Below the pieces are notes generated by a model. The model had not been told where the DNA came from. It did not search any database and was given only the letters and a program-made list of their open reading frames with translations. This document shows positions 39,001 to 51,000 of a stretch of DNA of 64,000 bases, piece after piece. Both the position numbers and the translations under genes were made by a program. Source of the DNA: Mobula birostris (lineage: Eukaryota); NCBI RefSeq assembly GCF_030028105.1, contig NW_027274036.1, positions 496,001 to 560,000 on the forward strand. Reading direction: 5' to 3'. How positions within the stretch are numbered: the stretch's first letter is position 1; each line of letters opens with the position of its first letter.

Positions 39001-42000
39001 CGTAAGGATGTAAATGCAACGGGTTAGCAATGATAAAACACACATGTACACAGAACTAGGATAATAGGAATCAATCAAGCTCTATCACAGTCTAGGGGCA
39101 AAATGATCAGTCTCAAGTGACATAGAGTTCAGTTCAGTTTAGTACAGTTCTCAGCAATCGCTATTGTGCCATTGGAGAGAGAATATGCAAATAGGATTCA
39201 GACAGACCTTTGTTCTTTGCAGTTAGCTTTCGGCGCGAGCCCTTTTAATATCTTCTGAGGTCACCAACTGTGACCCCTCCGTTCCGGATACGATCGTTCT
39301 TCTGCGGTGAACCCGGCACCCAGGCAAGGGCGGACACACGCACCAGGTTCCCGCCGATCGTACCCTTTTCACCCCATGCGTCTATGGTCGGTCCCGCGAT
39401 CAGACCTCCAAAACTCCCACCAACCTGTGGGGGGGCACACCGCACTTCCAGGGTCTCATTATCTCGTGGTGTCGTGATGTGTCCTTGCCTTAGCGAACCT
39501 GTTCCTTTTATCCCCCTGCCTGTCCATCAAACTTCGAATAGTTCAGGTTCAAAGCAACCGGTCTGACAATACTCGGAACTGTGTCTCTTTTCGTTAATCT
39601 CTCTCGTCTCTCATTAACGTTTGGAATGTTTCTCACTTTGTCTCTCTTATCAGCATCAATCTTCTGATAACTTGGTCTTTTGTCACATCTGTAACACACT
39701 GGGGCGCCATTTCAGATATCTCTATAACACACAGGGGTTCTTTTGCCCGCTACTATCATCTGATTTGAATTAATTAAAATGGTTTCCTTCTGATTCTTGT
39801 TTAAATAGATTTCAGTTGGCGGATTGATGTTTTTCTTTTATGGAAGCTTGTATGACGTATAGCTCCGGGGTTGTGCTCCCAAAACGTTTTTTTTTCAGGT
39901 TTTTTTGTTAGCTGGGTTTTTATGTTTTAGTTAGTAGGGGTTCTTTTTTCCAAAAAATAGTTTTAACACTTTATTTTTTCTTATTATTACTGATATATTG
40001 TTTAGCTTTGCTAATCAGTTATTTGGTAATTTAATTCTTCAATAATAATTAATGAAAAAGTTTTAAAAATGAACACACAGGGGCCCTGTTCCTGTGATCC
40101 TTGCAACACACTGGGGCGCTATTTCAGATATCTCTGTAGCATACCGGGGAACTGTTACTATGATCCCTGTAACACACTGGGGCCCTGTTCCTATGATCCC
40201 TATAACACACTGGGGCTCTGCTTCTGTGACCCTTGCAACACACTGAGGCGCTATTTCAGATATCTCTGTATCACACTGGGGAAACATTCCTATCATCCTT
40301 GTAACACACTGGGGCCCCGTTCCTGTGATCCCTGTAACACATTGGGGCTCCAGTTCCTGTGATCCCTATCACACACTGGGGCAGCTGTTCCCGTGATCTC
40401 TGTAACACACAGGGGCCTGATTCCCGATATCTCTATAACACACTGTGGCCCCATTTCCGAGAACCCTGTAACACACTGGGGTGCTATTTCTGATATCTCT
40501 CTAACACACTGGGTCTCCATTCCTGTGATTACAGTAACACACGTCGGCCTCGATCCTGTGATTCCTGTAACACACTGGGGCCCCATTCCCATGATCTCTA
40601 TAACACACTGGGGCCCCATTCCTGTGATTACGGTAACACACTGGAGCTGTGTTTCTGTGATTCCTGTAATACACTGGGGCCCCATTCCTGTGATTACAGT
40701 AACACACGTCGGCCTCGATCCTGTGATTCCTGTAACACACTGGGGCCCCATTCCCATGATCTCTATAACACACTGGGGCCCCATTCCTGTGATTACAGTA
40801 ACACACTGGGGCTCCTGTTCCTGTGATTCCTGTAACACACCGGGGCCCCTGTTCCTGTGATTCCTGTAACACTCTCGGACCCCGTTCTTGTGTTCCCTGT
40901 AACATACTAGGATGCTATTTCCATTATCTATATAACACACTGGGGCTCTGCTCTTGTGAACCCTGTAACACACTGTGGCCCATTTCCAATATATCTATAA
41001 CACACTGGGGCACCATTCCTGTAATTCCTGTAACACAGTGGAGGCCCTGTTCCTGTGATCCCTATCACACACTGGAGCCTTTGTTCCTGTGATCCCTGTA
41101 ACACACTGGGCCCCGTTCCTATGATCACTGTAACACACTGGGGGCACCATTTCCGATACCTCTATAACACACTTGGGCTCCGGTCCTGTCAACCCTGTAA
41201 TACACCGGGACCCCATTCCTTTGATCCCTGTAAGACACTGGGGCACCATTTCCGATATCTCTGTAACACACTTGGGTCCCTTTTCTGTGATTCTAGTAAC
41301 ACACTGGGGCCTGTTCCCATGATCCCTGTAACACACTGGGACCCGTGTTCCTGTGATTCCCGTAACACACTGGGGTGACTGTGATATCACTATATCACAC
41401 TGTGATATCTCTATAACACACTGTGGCCGCATTTCCGCTATTTCTAGAATACACTGGGGCTCCGCTCCTGTGATCCCTGTAACGCACTGGGGCCCTATTC
41501 CCGTGATCTCTATAACCATTGGGACCCCATTCCCGTGATCTCTATAACATACTGGGGCCCCATTCCTGTGATTACAGTAACACACTGGGGCCCCATTCCA
41601 ATGATCTCTATAACCACTGGGACGCCATTCCAGTGTCCCTGTAACACACTAGGCCCTGATTCCTGTGTCCCAATAACACACTGGGCCCTGACTCCCATGT
41701 CCCAATGACACACTGGGCCCTGATTCCTGTGTGCCTATAGCACACTGGGCTCTGATTCCAATGTGGCTATAACACACTGGGCACTGATTCCCATTATCCA
41801 TATAACACACTGGAACCTGATTCCTGTGTGCCTATAACACACTGGACCTTGATTCCCATGTTCCCTATACTACACTGGGCCCTGATTCCTGTATCCCTAT
41901 AACACACTAGGCCCTGATTGCCCGGTCCCTATAACACACTGGGCCCTGATTCCCATGATCCTTCTAAAACACGAGGCCCTGATTCCCGTGTCCCTATAAC

Positions 42001-45000
42001 GCAGTGGGCTCTGATTCCCATCTTCCCTATAACACACTGGGCCCTGATTCCTGTGTCCCAATAAAACACTGGGTCCTGATATTCATGATCCCTATAACCC
42101 ACTGGGATCTGATTCCCATGTGGCTTTAACACACTGGGCCCTGATTCCTGTGTTCCCTATAACACACTGGTCCCTGATTCCCATGATCCTTCTAAAACAT
42201 GAGGCCCTGATTCCCTTGTCCCTATAACACACTGGACCCTGATTCCCATGATCCCTATAACACACTAGGCTCTGATTCCCGTGCTCCCTATAACACACTG
42301 GGCTCTGATTCCCATGATCCCTATAACACACTAGGCCCTGCTTCCCGTGTCCCTATAACACACTAGGCTCTGATTCCCGTGCTCCCTATAACACACTGGG
42401 CTCGGATTCCCATGATCCCTATAACACACTAGGCCCTGATTCCCGTGTCCCTATAACACACTACGCTCCGATTCCCGTGTCCCTATAACACACTGGGCCC
42501 TGATACCCGTGTCCCTATAACACACTGGGCTCCGATTCCCATGATCCTTATAACACACTGGGCCCTGATTTCCATGTGCCGTATAACACACTGGGCCCTG
42601 ATTCCTGTGTGCCTATAACATACTGGACCCCGATTCCCATGATCCCTATAACACACTAGGCCCTGATTCCTGTGTCCCTATAACACACTAGGCCCTGCTT
42701 CCCGTGTCCCTATAACACACTAGGCTCTGATTCCCGTGCTCCCTATAACACACTGGGCTCTGATTCTCATGATCCCTATAACACACTAGGCCCTGATTCC
42801 CGTGTCCCTATAACACACTGGGCTCCGATTCCCGTGTCCCTATAACACACTGGGCCCTGATACCCGTGTCCCTATAACACACTGGGCTCCGATTCCCATG
42901 ATCCTTATAATACACTGGGCCCTGATTTCCATGTGCCGTATAACACACTGGGCCCTGATTCCTGTGTGCCTATAACATACTGGACCCCGATTCCCATGTC
43001 CCTATAACACACTAGGCCCTGATTCCCCTGTTCCCCATAACACACTAGGCCCTGATTCTCATTATCCCTATAACACACTGGGCCCTGATTCCCGTGTGCC
43101 CTGTAACACACTGGACCCTGATTTCCATGTCCCTATAACACGCTGGGCCCTGATTCCCACATGCCTCTAACACATTGGGCCCTAATTCCTATGTCCCTAT
43201 AACACACTGGGCTCCGATTCCCGTGATCCTTATAACACACTGGGCCCTGATTCCCATGTGCCTATAGCACACTGGCCCTGATTCCTGTGTCCCAATAACA
43301 CACTGGGCCCTGATTCCCGTGTCCCTATAACACACTGGGCCCTGATTCCCATGATCCCTATAACACACTGGTCACTGATTCCCGTGTCCCTATAACACAC
43401 TAGGCTCTGATTCCTGTGTCTTATAACACACTGGGCTCTGATTTCCATGATCCCTATAACACACTAGGCCCTGCTTCCCATGTCCCTATAACACACTAGG
43501 CTCTGATTCCCGTGCTCCCTATAACACACTGGGCTCTGATTCCCATGATCCCTATAACACACTGGGCTCTGATTTCCATGATCCCTATAACACACTAGGC
43601 CCCGATTCCCGTGTCCCTATAACACACTAGCCTCTGATTCCCGTGTCCCTATAACACACTGGGCTCTGATTCCCATGATCCCTATAACACACTAGGCCCT
43701 GATTCCCATGTCCCTATAACACACTAGCCTCTGATTCCCGTGTCCCTATAACACACTAGGCTCTGATTCCCGTGTCCCTATAACACACTGGGCTCTGATT
43801 TCCATGATCCCTATAACACACTAGGCCCTGATTCCCATGTCCCTATAACACACTACGCTCTGATTCCCGTGTCCCTGTAACACACTGGTCCCTGATTTCC
43901 ATGATCCCTATAACACATTAGGCCCTGATTCCCGTGTCCCTATAACACACTACGCTCTGATTCCCGTGTCCCTGTAACACACTGGTCCCTGATTCCTGTG
44001 TCCCTATAACACACTAGCCTCTGATTCCCGTGTCCCTATAACACACTAGGCTCTGATTCCTGTGTCCCTATAACACACTAGGCCCTGATTCCCGTGTCCC
44101 TATAACACACTACGCTCTGATTCCCGTGTTCCTATAACACACCGGGCCCTGATACCCGTGTCCCTATAAAACACTGGGCTCCGATTCCCATGATCCCTAT
44201 AACACACTAGGCCCTGATTCCTGTGTCCCTATAACACACTAGGCCCTGCTTCCCGTGTCCCTATAACTCACTGGACCCGGATTCCTATGTGCTTATAACA
44301 CTCTGGGCCCAGTGAAATTGGTGTTGATGTTGAAAAAGGAAGTGTTGGTTATCTTATCTTCGAGAACAACAATCAACTATGAGTTAGTCTGAGCATTGGT
44401 AAGTAGACTTTAATCCCTGTAAGTGCTAGATGAACAATTTCTGGGAGTTGTAATGAGGAAAGGACATACGCCTCTGCATATGTAGTTGAACAGATGGACC
44501 TTGGTGTACAGGTCCATACTAAACCAAATTAGCAAACTCATGAATGACAGCATCATCGGGGGCAGAGTGGACAGTGAGGAAGGCTATCAAAGCTTGCAGC
44601 AGGATCTGAACCAACTGGAAAAATGGGCTGAAAAGTGGCAGATGGAATTTAATACAGACACGTGTGAGGTGTACTTCAGGAGGACCAAATGGGGTAGGAC
44701 ATACACAGAGTTTAGTATTAGAATGGTAGGATATGGAAATATAGATCTATAATTTCCTGAAAGTGGCCTCACAAATAGACAGGGTCATAAAAAGAGTATT
44801 AAGCATATTGGCATTCATAAATTAAAGCATTGAGTACAGACATTGAGCTGTTATGGTGGAAGTTGTGTAAAACTCCAAACAGCAGCCCTAGATGAACAAT
44901 GACACCCACAATCTGCTGAGAGTCAGATCAGAGGCATTAATGTGAAGAAAGTTGCATGATGTCTAGGTACAATCTTTGGAAAGCCATCTCATGGGTAAAG

Positions 45001-48000
45001 TGGCAATTCCAGACTAAACTTCAATCAATGAATGATACTTGATACCTGGGGCAGAGCTTGAATGCTATCACACCTTGCACGGTGAAATCAAGCAGAGCTT
45101 CACTTCCAGATAAGCTCAATGCATTCAGTGTCCCCTTTGACTGTCAGAACATGAAGGAACCTTCAGGAACCGCCCCCCGCATCCCCCCCCCCCCATGAGG
45201 TCAACATGAGACCATCCTTCAGAAGGGTGAACCCACAGAAGGTATCCATCAGATTGGCCAGCTGGCCGAGTACTAACATCCTGTTCTTATCAACCGCCTG
45301 GAGTGTTCACTGAGATCTTTAACCTCTTTCTTCAGCAGTCTGAGGTATGCAGGCTTCGATTATACCAGTGCCTAAGAAGAAGGTCATAAATTGCCAAAAT
45401 TATTATCGTCCAGTAGCACTTACATCCACAGTGATTAAGTGTTTTGAGAGGTTGGTGATGAAACATATTAACTCCTGCCTGAGAAGAGACTTGCATTCAC
45501 TCCCCACTGGCACAACAGGCCCACAGCAGATGCTATTTCATTGGTTCCTCACTTAACTATGGAAAATCTGGAGAGCAAAGATGCCTACATCAGGATGCTC
45601 TTGATCGACTACAACTTGGCGTTCAATCCCAACTTGGTATCTTCCCCTCAAAACTAATCAAAAATCTCCAAGCCCTTGGCCTCAATTGTTGGGAAATTGC
45701 TGGAAAAAATTCTCAGGGATATGATATATGAGCATTTGGAAACCCATGGCCTAATTAGGGAGAGCAACATGGCTTTGTGCAGGGCAGGTCGTGTCTTACC
45801 AACTTGACTGAATTTTTTGACAAGGTGACGAGAGAGCTTTATGAAGTAGGGCAATGGATGTTGTCTACATGAAATTTAGCAAGGCATTTATCAAAGTCCC
45901 TCATGGGAGGCTAATCCAGAAGATTAAGATGCGTGTGGTCAGCGGTGAATTGGCTGTTTGGATTCAGAACTGGCTTGCACATAGAACGCAGAGGGTTGAA
46001 GTTGAAGGGAATTACTCGAGCTGGAGATCTGTGATTGGTGGTGTTCCGCAGGGATCTGTACTGGGACCTCTGCTGTTTGCGATGTATATAAATGACCTGG
46101 ATGAAAATGTAGATGGGTGGGTTAGTAAGTTTTCTGATGATACCAAAATTAGTGGAGTTGTGGACAGTGTAAAAGACTTGACAAAGAATACAGCGCGATA
46201 TAGATCAGTTGCAGAAATGGGTAGAGAAATAACGGATGAAGTTTTACCCAAATAAATGTGAAGTGTTGCACCTTGCTAGTACAATTATAAGGAGCCAGTA
46301 TACTGTTAAGGGCAAGATCCTTCTCAGTGTTGCTAAGCAGAGAGATCTTGGAATCCAAGCTCATAATTCCTTAAAAGTGGCTACACAGGTCTATATGATG
46401 GCTAAGAAGGCTTATGGAATGCTTGCTTTTATTAGTCGAGAAATTGAGTTCAAAAGTCAAGATCATAACGTTATTTGTTGCAACTTTATTTTTTGGTTGT
46501 CCGCATTTTCCGACGATGATGTAAACCTATATGGGAGGAGTTATATAGTGAAAAAGCCATTGCACTGGGAAATTCCACTCTGTCGGCCTCAAAAATCATG
46601 ATCCAATGAGACAAAAAGTCATCTTGACTGGAGATTTCATGAGCTCCAGTGAATAGCCATTACGCCTTCTGTGCCTTGTCATGCCCTTTGCTCTCCATGG
46701 AGTGTTGCAGCATCACTTTCTTGGTCATTGGACCTTGTAGCTGATCTCATTCGCCCAGCCTCTGGAATTGCCTTCGCATGCTGGGGTAGCCATATCCCTA
46801 TCTCACCGGGGGTGGAGGTTCCCAGCTACCCTCAACTGGTTTCGCCCACTTGTCTAAGCAGTGTACCATAATAAATCTCTGCAACATTATAAACATTTTA
46901 GCATATTGCAACATTATATAGGCCACATCTGGATTATTGCATATAGTTCTGGCCACCCGACTATTGGAAGGATATTGAGGCTTTGGAGAGGGTGCAGAAG
47001 AGTTTTACCAGGATGCTGGCAGCACAAGAAGATAAAATACTGATATAGCATATGGGAAGCTGGTCACAGTTAGCTGGACATAGAATATACAACTTAGAGT
47101 AAAACTTTATAAAGCTTTGTTTAGGCACAGCTGGACTATTAACTGCTGATCTGGTTGACCTTCTATAGGAAGGGTATTTTCACCAGAGAGGTTGCAGGGG
47201 CAATTCACCATCCTGTTACCTGGGATAAAACATTTTAGTGATGATGGGCAGGCTTTGTTTTCATTGGAGCAGAGAACAATAAGAAATGACCTGATAGAGG
47301 TATATAAAATCTTAAGTAATTTCAATCAGGGTGAATTGTGAGTAACATTTCCCTGGGGCAAAGAACATTTTGAAAACTCCTGATTCTGTTAAAGAGGGCT
47401 GCATTTACATCCTTTACATTTCCTCATTACCAGATCTTCAAAAGGTTTTTGAAATTGAATGCAGGAGCCTCTCCAAAAGCAATCAGTGACATTTCTGTAA
47501 ACACAGAACTATGTTTCATCTTTGAACTATTCTTTTCAGACCTGTTGGAAATAGAGGAAAACCAGAGGACAAATCTGAAACGGTGTTGGTGAGAGAGAGG
47601 CTGAAGATGGAGGAACATTATTACACGAACTGTGCACAGCCTGAACTGACCCAGGTGACAAATGTTTTCCTGAGTGATGTTTTAGCCATACTTATTCCTT
47701 GTTGGCAGAGCATGAAACTCTGTTTCAGATTAGGCAAGCGATTGTACCACCCCCCCTCTCTCTCCCTTATGATTCAGTTTCAGAGACTTCAGGAGGCTAC
47801 ATGTGAGCCTGGCACTTTCTGAAGAGTTGAAAGGAATATCCTATTTCATTACTATTCCTTCACAACCTCATGACAGCATAAAACCCTGCCAAACCCTGCG
47901 ACAGCTTTCCTGAAGTTTAATCACCATTGCAGGAAACACAGTGCCAGTTTGTGGTCTGTGACAAGCAATGTGACAATGACCCAGGTCACCTGTTGATAGA

Positions 48001-51000
48001 GCTGTCAGCTGAGGGATTAACTTTGGCCCAAAGACACTGGGAGAATTCACCTTTCTTTCTCTCTAACAGAAACATTGAGAATTTTTCTAGTCCTGGGGTG
48101 TGGGGGGAGAGGGGATGGTAGGGATTCAGTGTACTGACCTGCTGAAAGATGGGAACAACCTTGTGTAGCACCCACTTGGTACTGCTGATTGTACCCTTGA
48201 TCGATCGGGTCACACTCATAGAAACATAGAAAACCTACAGCACAATTTAGGTCCTTCAGTCTACAAAGCTGTGCCGAACATGTACTTACCTGAGAAATTA
48301 CCTAGGGTTACCCATAGCCCTCTATTTTTCTGAGCTCCATATACCTGCCCAGCAGTCTCTTGAAAGAACCTGTCATATCCGCCTCCACCACCGTCGCCGG
48401 CAGCCCAGTGCAGACACTTACCACGCTCTGCGTAAAAAACTTACCCCTGACATCTCCTCTGTACCTACTTCCAAGCACCTTAAAACGGTGTCTTCTCGTG
48501 TTAGCCCTTTCAGCCCTGGGAAAAGGCCTCTGACTATCCACACGATCAATGCCTCTCATCTTCTTGTACACCTGTATCAGGTCACCTCTCATACTGTGTC
48601 GCGCCAAGGAGAAAAAGCCAAGTTCACTCAACCTGTTCTCATAAGGCATGCTCCCCAATCCAGGCAACGCCTTTGTAAGTCTCCTCTGCACCCTTTCTAT
48701 GGTTTCTACATCCTTCCTATAATTAAGCAACCAGAACTGAGCACAGTACTCCAAGTGGAGTCTGACCAGGGTCCTCTATAGCTGCAACATTACCTCTCGG
48801 CTCCTAAACTCAGTCCCATGATTGATGAAGGCCAATGCACCATATGCTTTCTTAACCACAGTCAACCTGCGCAGCAGCCTTGAGTATCCTATGGACTCGG
48901 ACCCCAAGGTCCCACTGATCTTCCACACTGCCAAGAGTCTTACCATTAATACTATATTCTGTCATCATATTTGACCTACCAAAATGAACCACCTCACACT
49001 TATCTCGGTTTAACTCCATCTGCCACTTCTCAGCCCATTTTTGCATCCAACCTAATGTCCCACTGTAACCTCTGACAGCCCTCCACACTATCTACAATAC
49101 CTCCAACCTTTGTGTCATCAGCAAAGTTACTAACCCATCCCTCCACTTCTTCATCCAGGTCATTTATAAAAATCACAAAGAGTTGGGGTCCCAGAACAGA
49201 ATCCTGAGGCACAACCTCCATGCAGAATATGATCGGTATACAACCACTCTTTGCCTTCTATGGGCAAGCCAGTTCTAGATCCACAAAGCAATGTCCCCTG
49301 GGATCCCATGCCTCCTTACTTTCTCAATAGGCCTTGCACGGGGTACCTTGTCATATGCCTTGCTGAAATCCATATAAACTACATCTACTGCTCTACTTTC
49401 ATCAATGTGTTCAGTCACATCCTCAAAAAATTCAATCAGGCTCGTAAGGCACGACCTGCTTTTGACAATTCCTAATCATATTATGCCTAAGGCATGCTGA
49501 CTATTCCTAATCATATTATGCCACTCAATCACAGAGTCATTAAAAAATTTGCAACACAGGAGGCAGTTATGTAAAGAACAAAAGGATGACAGGAGTGAAG
49601 GTAGGACCGATTAGAGATAAAGGTGGGAAGATGTGCCTGGAGGCTGTGGAAGTGAGCGAGGTCCTCAATGAATACTTCTTTTCGGTATTCACCAGTGAGA
49701 GGGAACTTGACGACAGTGAGGACAATATGAGTGAGGTTGATGTCCTGAGCATATTGATATTAAGAGAAAGGAGGTGTTGGAGTTGTTAAAATACATTAGG
49801 ACGGATAAGTCCCTGGGGCCTGACGGAATATTCCGCAGGCTGCTCCACGAGGCAAGGGAAGAGATTGCTGAACCTCTGGCTAAGATCTTTATGTCCTCAT
49901 TGTCCACAGGTATGGTACCGAAGCACTGGAGGGAGGCAAATATTGTCCCTTTTTTCAAAAAAGCTAGTAGGGATAGTCTGGGTAATTATAGACCAGTGAG
50001 TCTTACGTGTGTGGTGGGAAAGCTGTTGGAAAAGATTCTTAGGGATAGGATCTGTGGGCACTTAGAGAATCATGGTCTGATCAGGGACAGTCAGCATGGC
50101 TTTGTGAAGGGCAGATCGTGTCTAACAAGCCTGATAGAGTTCTTTGAGGAGGTGACCAGGCATATAGATAAGGGTAGTGCAGTGGATGTGATCTACATGG
50201 ATTTTAGTCAGGCATTTGACAAGGTTCCACATGACAGGCTTATTCAGAAAGTCAGAAGGTATATGATCCAGGGAAGTTTGGCCAGATGGATTCAGAATTG
50301 GCTTGAATGCAGAAGGCAGAGGGTCGCGGTGGAGGGAGTATATTCGGATTGGAGGGCTGTGACTAGTGGTGTCCCACAAGGGTCGGTTCTGGGACCTCTA
50401 CTTTTCGTGATTTTTATTAAAGACCTGGATGTGGGGGTAGAAGGGTGGGTTGGCAAGCTTGCAGACGACACAAAGGCTGGTGGTGTTGTATATGGTGTAG
50501 AGGGTTGTCGAAGATTGTAGAGAGACATTGATAGGATGCAGAAGTGGGCTGAGAAGTGGCAGATGGAGTTCAACTTGGAGAAGTGTGAGGTGGTACACTT
50601 TGGAAGGACAAACTCCAAGGAAGAGTACAAAGTAAATGGCAGGATGCTTGTAGTGTGGAGGAGCAGAGGGATCTGGCGGTACATGTCCACAGATCCCTGA
50701 AAGTTGCCTCACAGGTAGATAGGGTAGTTAAGAAAGCTTATGGGGTGTTAGCTTTCATAAGTCGAGGGATGGAGTTTAAGAGTCACAAGGTAATGATGCG
50801 GCTCTATAAAACTCTGGTTAGACCACACTTGGAGTACTGTGTCCAGTTCTGGTCACCTCACTATAGGAAGGATGTGGAAACATTGGAAAAGGTACAGAAG
50901 AGATTTACCAGGATGATGCCTGGTTTAGAGAGTATGGATTATGACCAGAGATTAAGGGAGTTGGGGTTTTACTCTTTGGAGAGAAGGAGGATGAAAGTAG

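Larger units (their letters stand above)
37895..44310. repeat. Intronic satellite: 33-bp units (TAACACACTGGGGCCCTGTTCCTGTGATCCCTG) to about 41640, then homogeneous 32-bp units (TAACACACTGGGCCCTGATTCCCGTGTCCCTA)
   Basis: Periodicity is directly visible; the repetitive ORFs (VTHWGP..., PQCV...) are by-products. Confidence 0.95.

Noticed and set aside
36775-43448. Repetitive ORFs (e.g. 36873..37541, 40293..40973, 40995..41585) as zinc-finger or keratin-associated proteins
   Set aside because: They occur in several frames and on both strands of tandem repeats, which is the expected by-product of stop-poor units.
21895-44310. RSS heptamers (CACAGTG/CACTGTG) in the satellites and the 57-mer
   Set aside because: Where I checked (57-mer units), no ACAAAAACC-like nonamer lies at 12 or 23 bp, and none is present in the satellite consensus units; the heptamers are just part of the repeat unit.
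37895-44310. CRISPR-like array of 32-33 bp repeats
   Set aside because: Units are head-to-tail with no unique spacers, there are no cas genes, and the context is a vertebrate intron.
47784-47802. Possible micro-exon (tttcag|...|gtgagc)
   Set aside because: At 19 nt it would shift the frame of the last exon, while flanking exons already join in phase.
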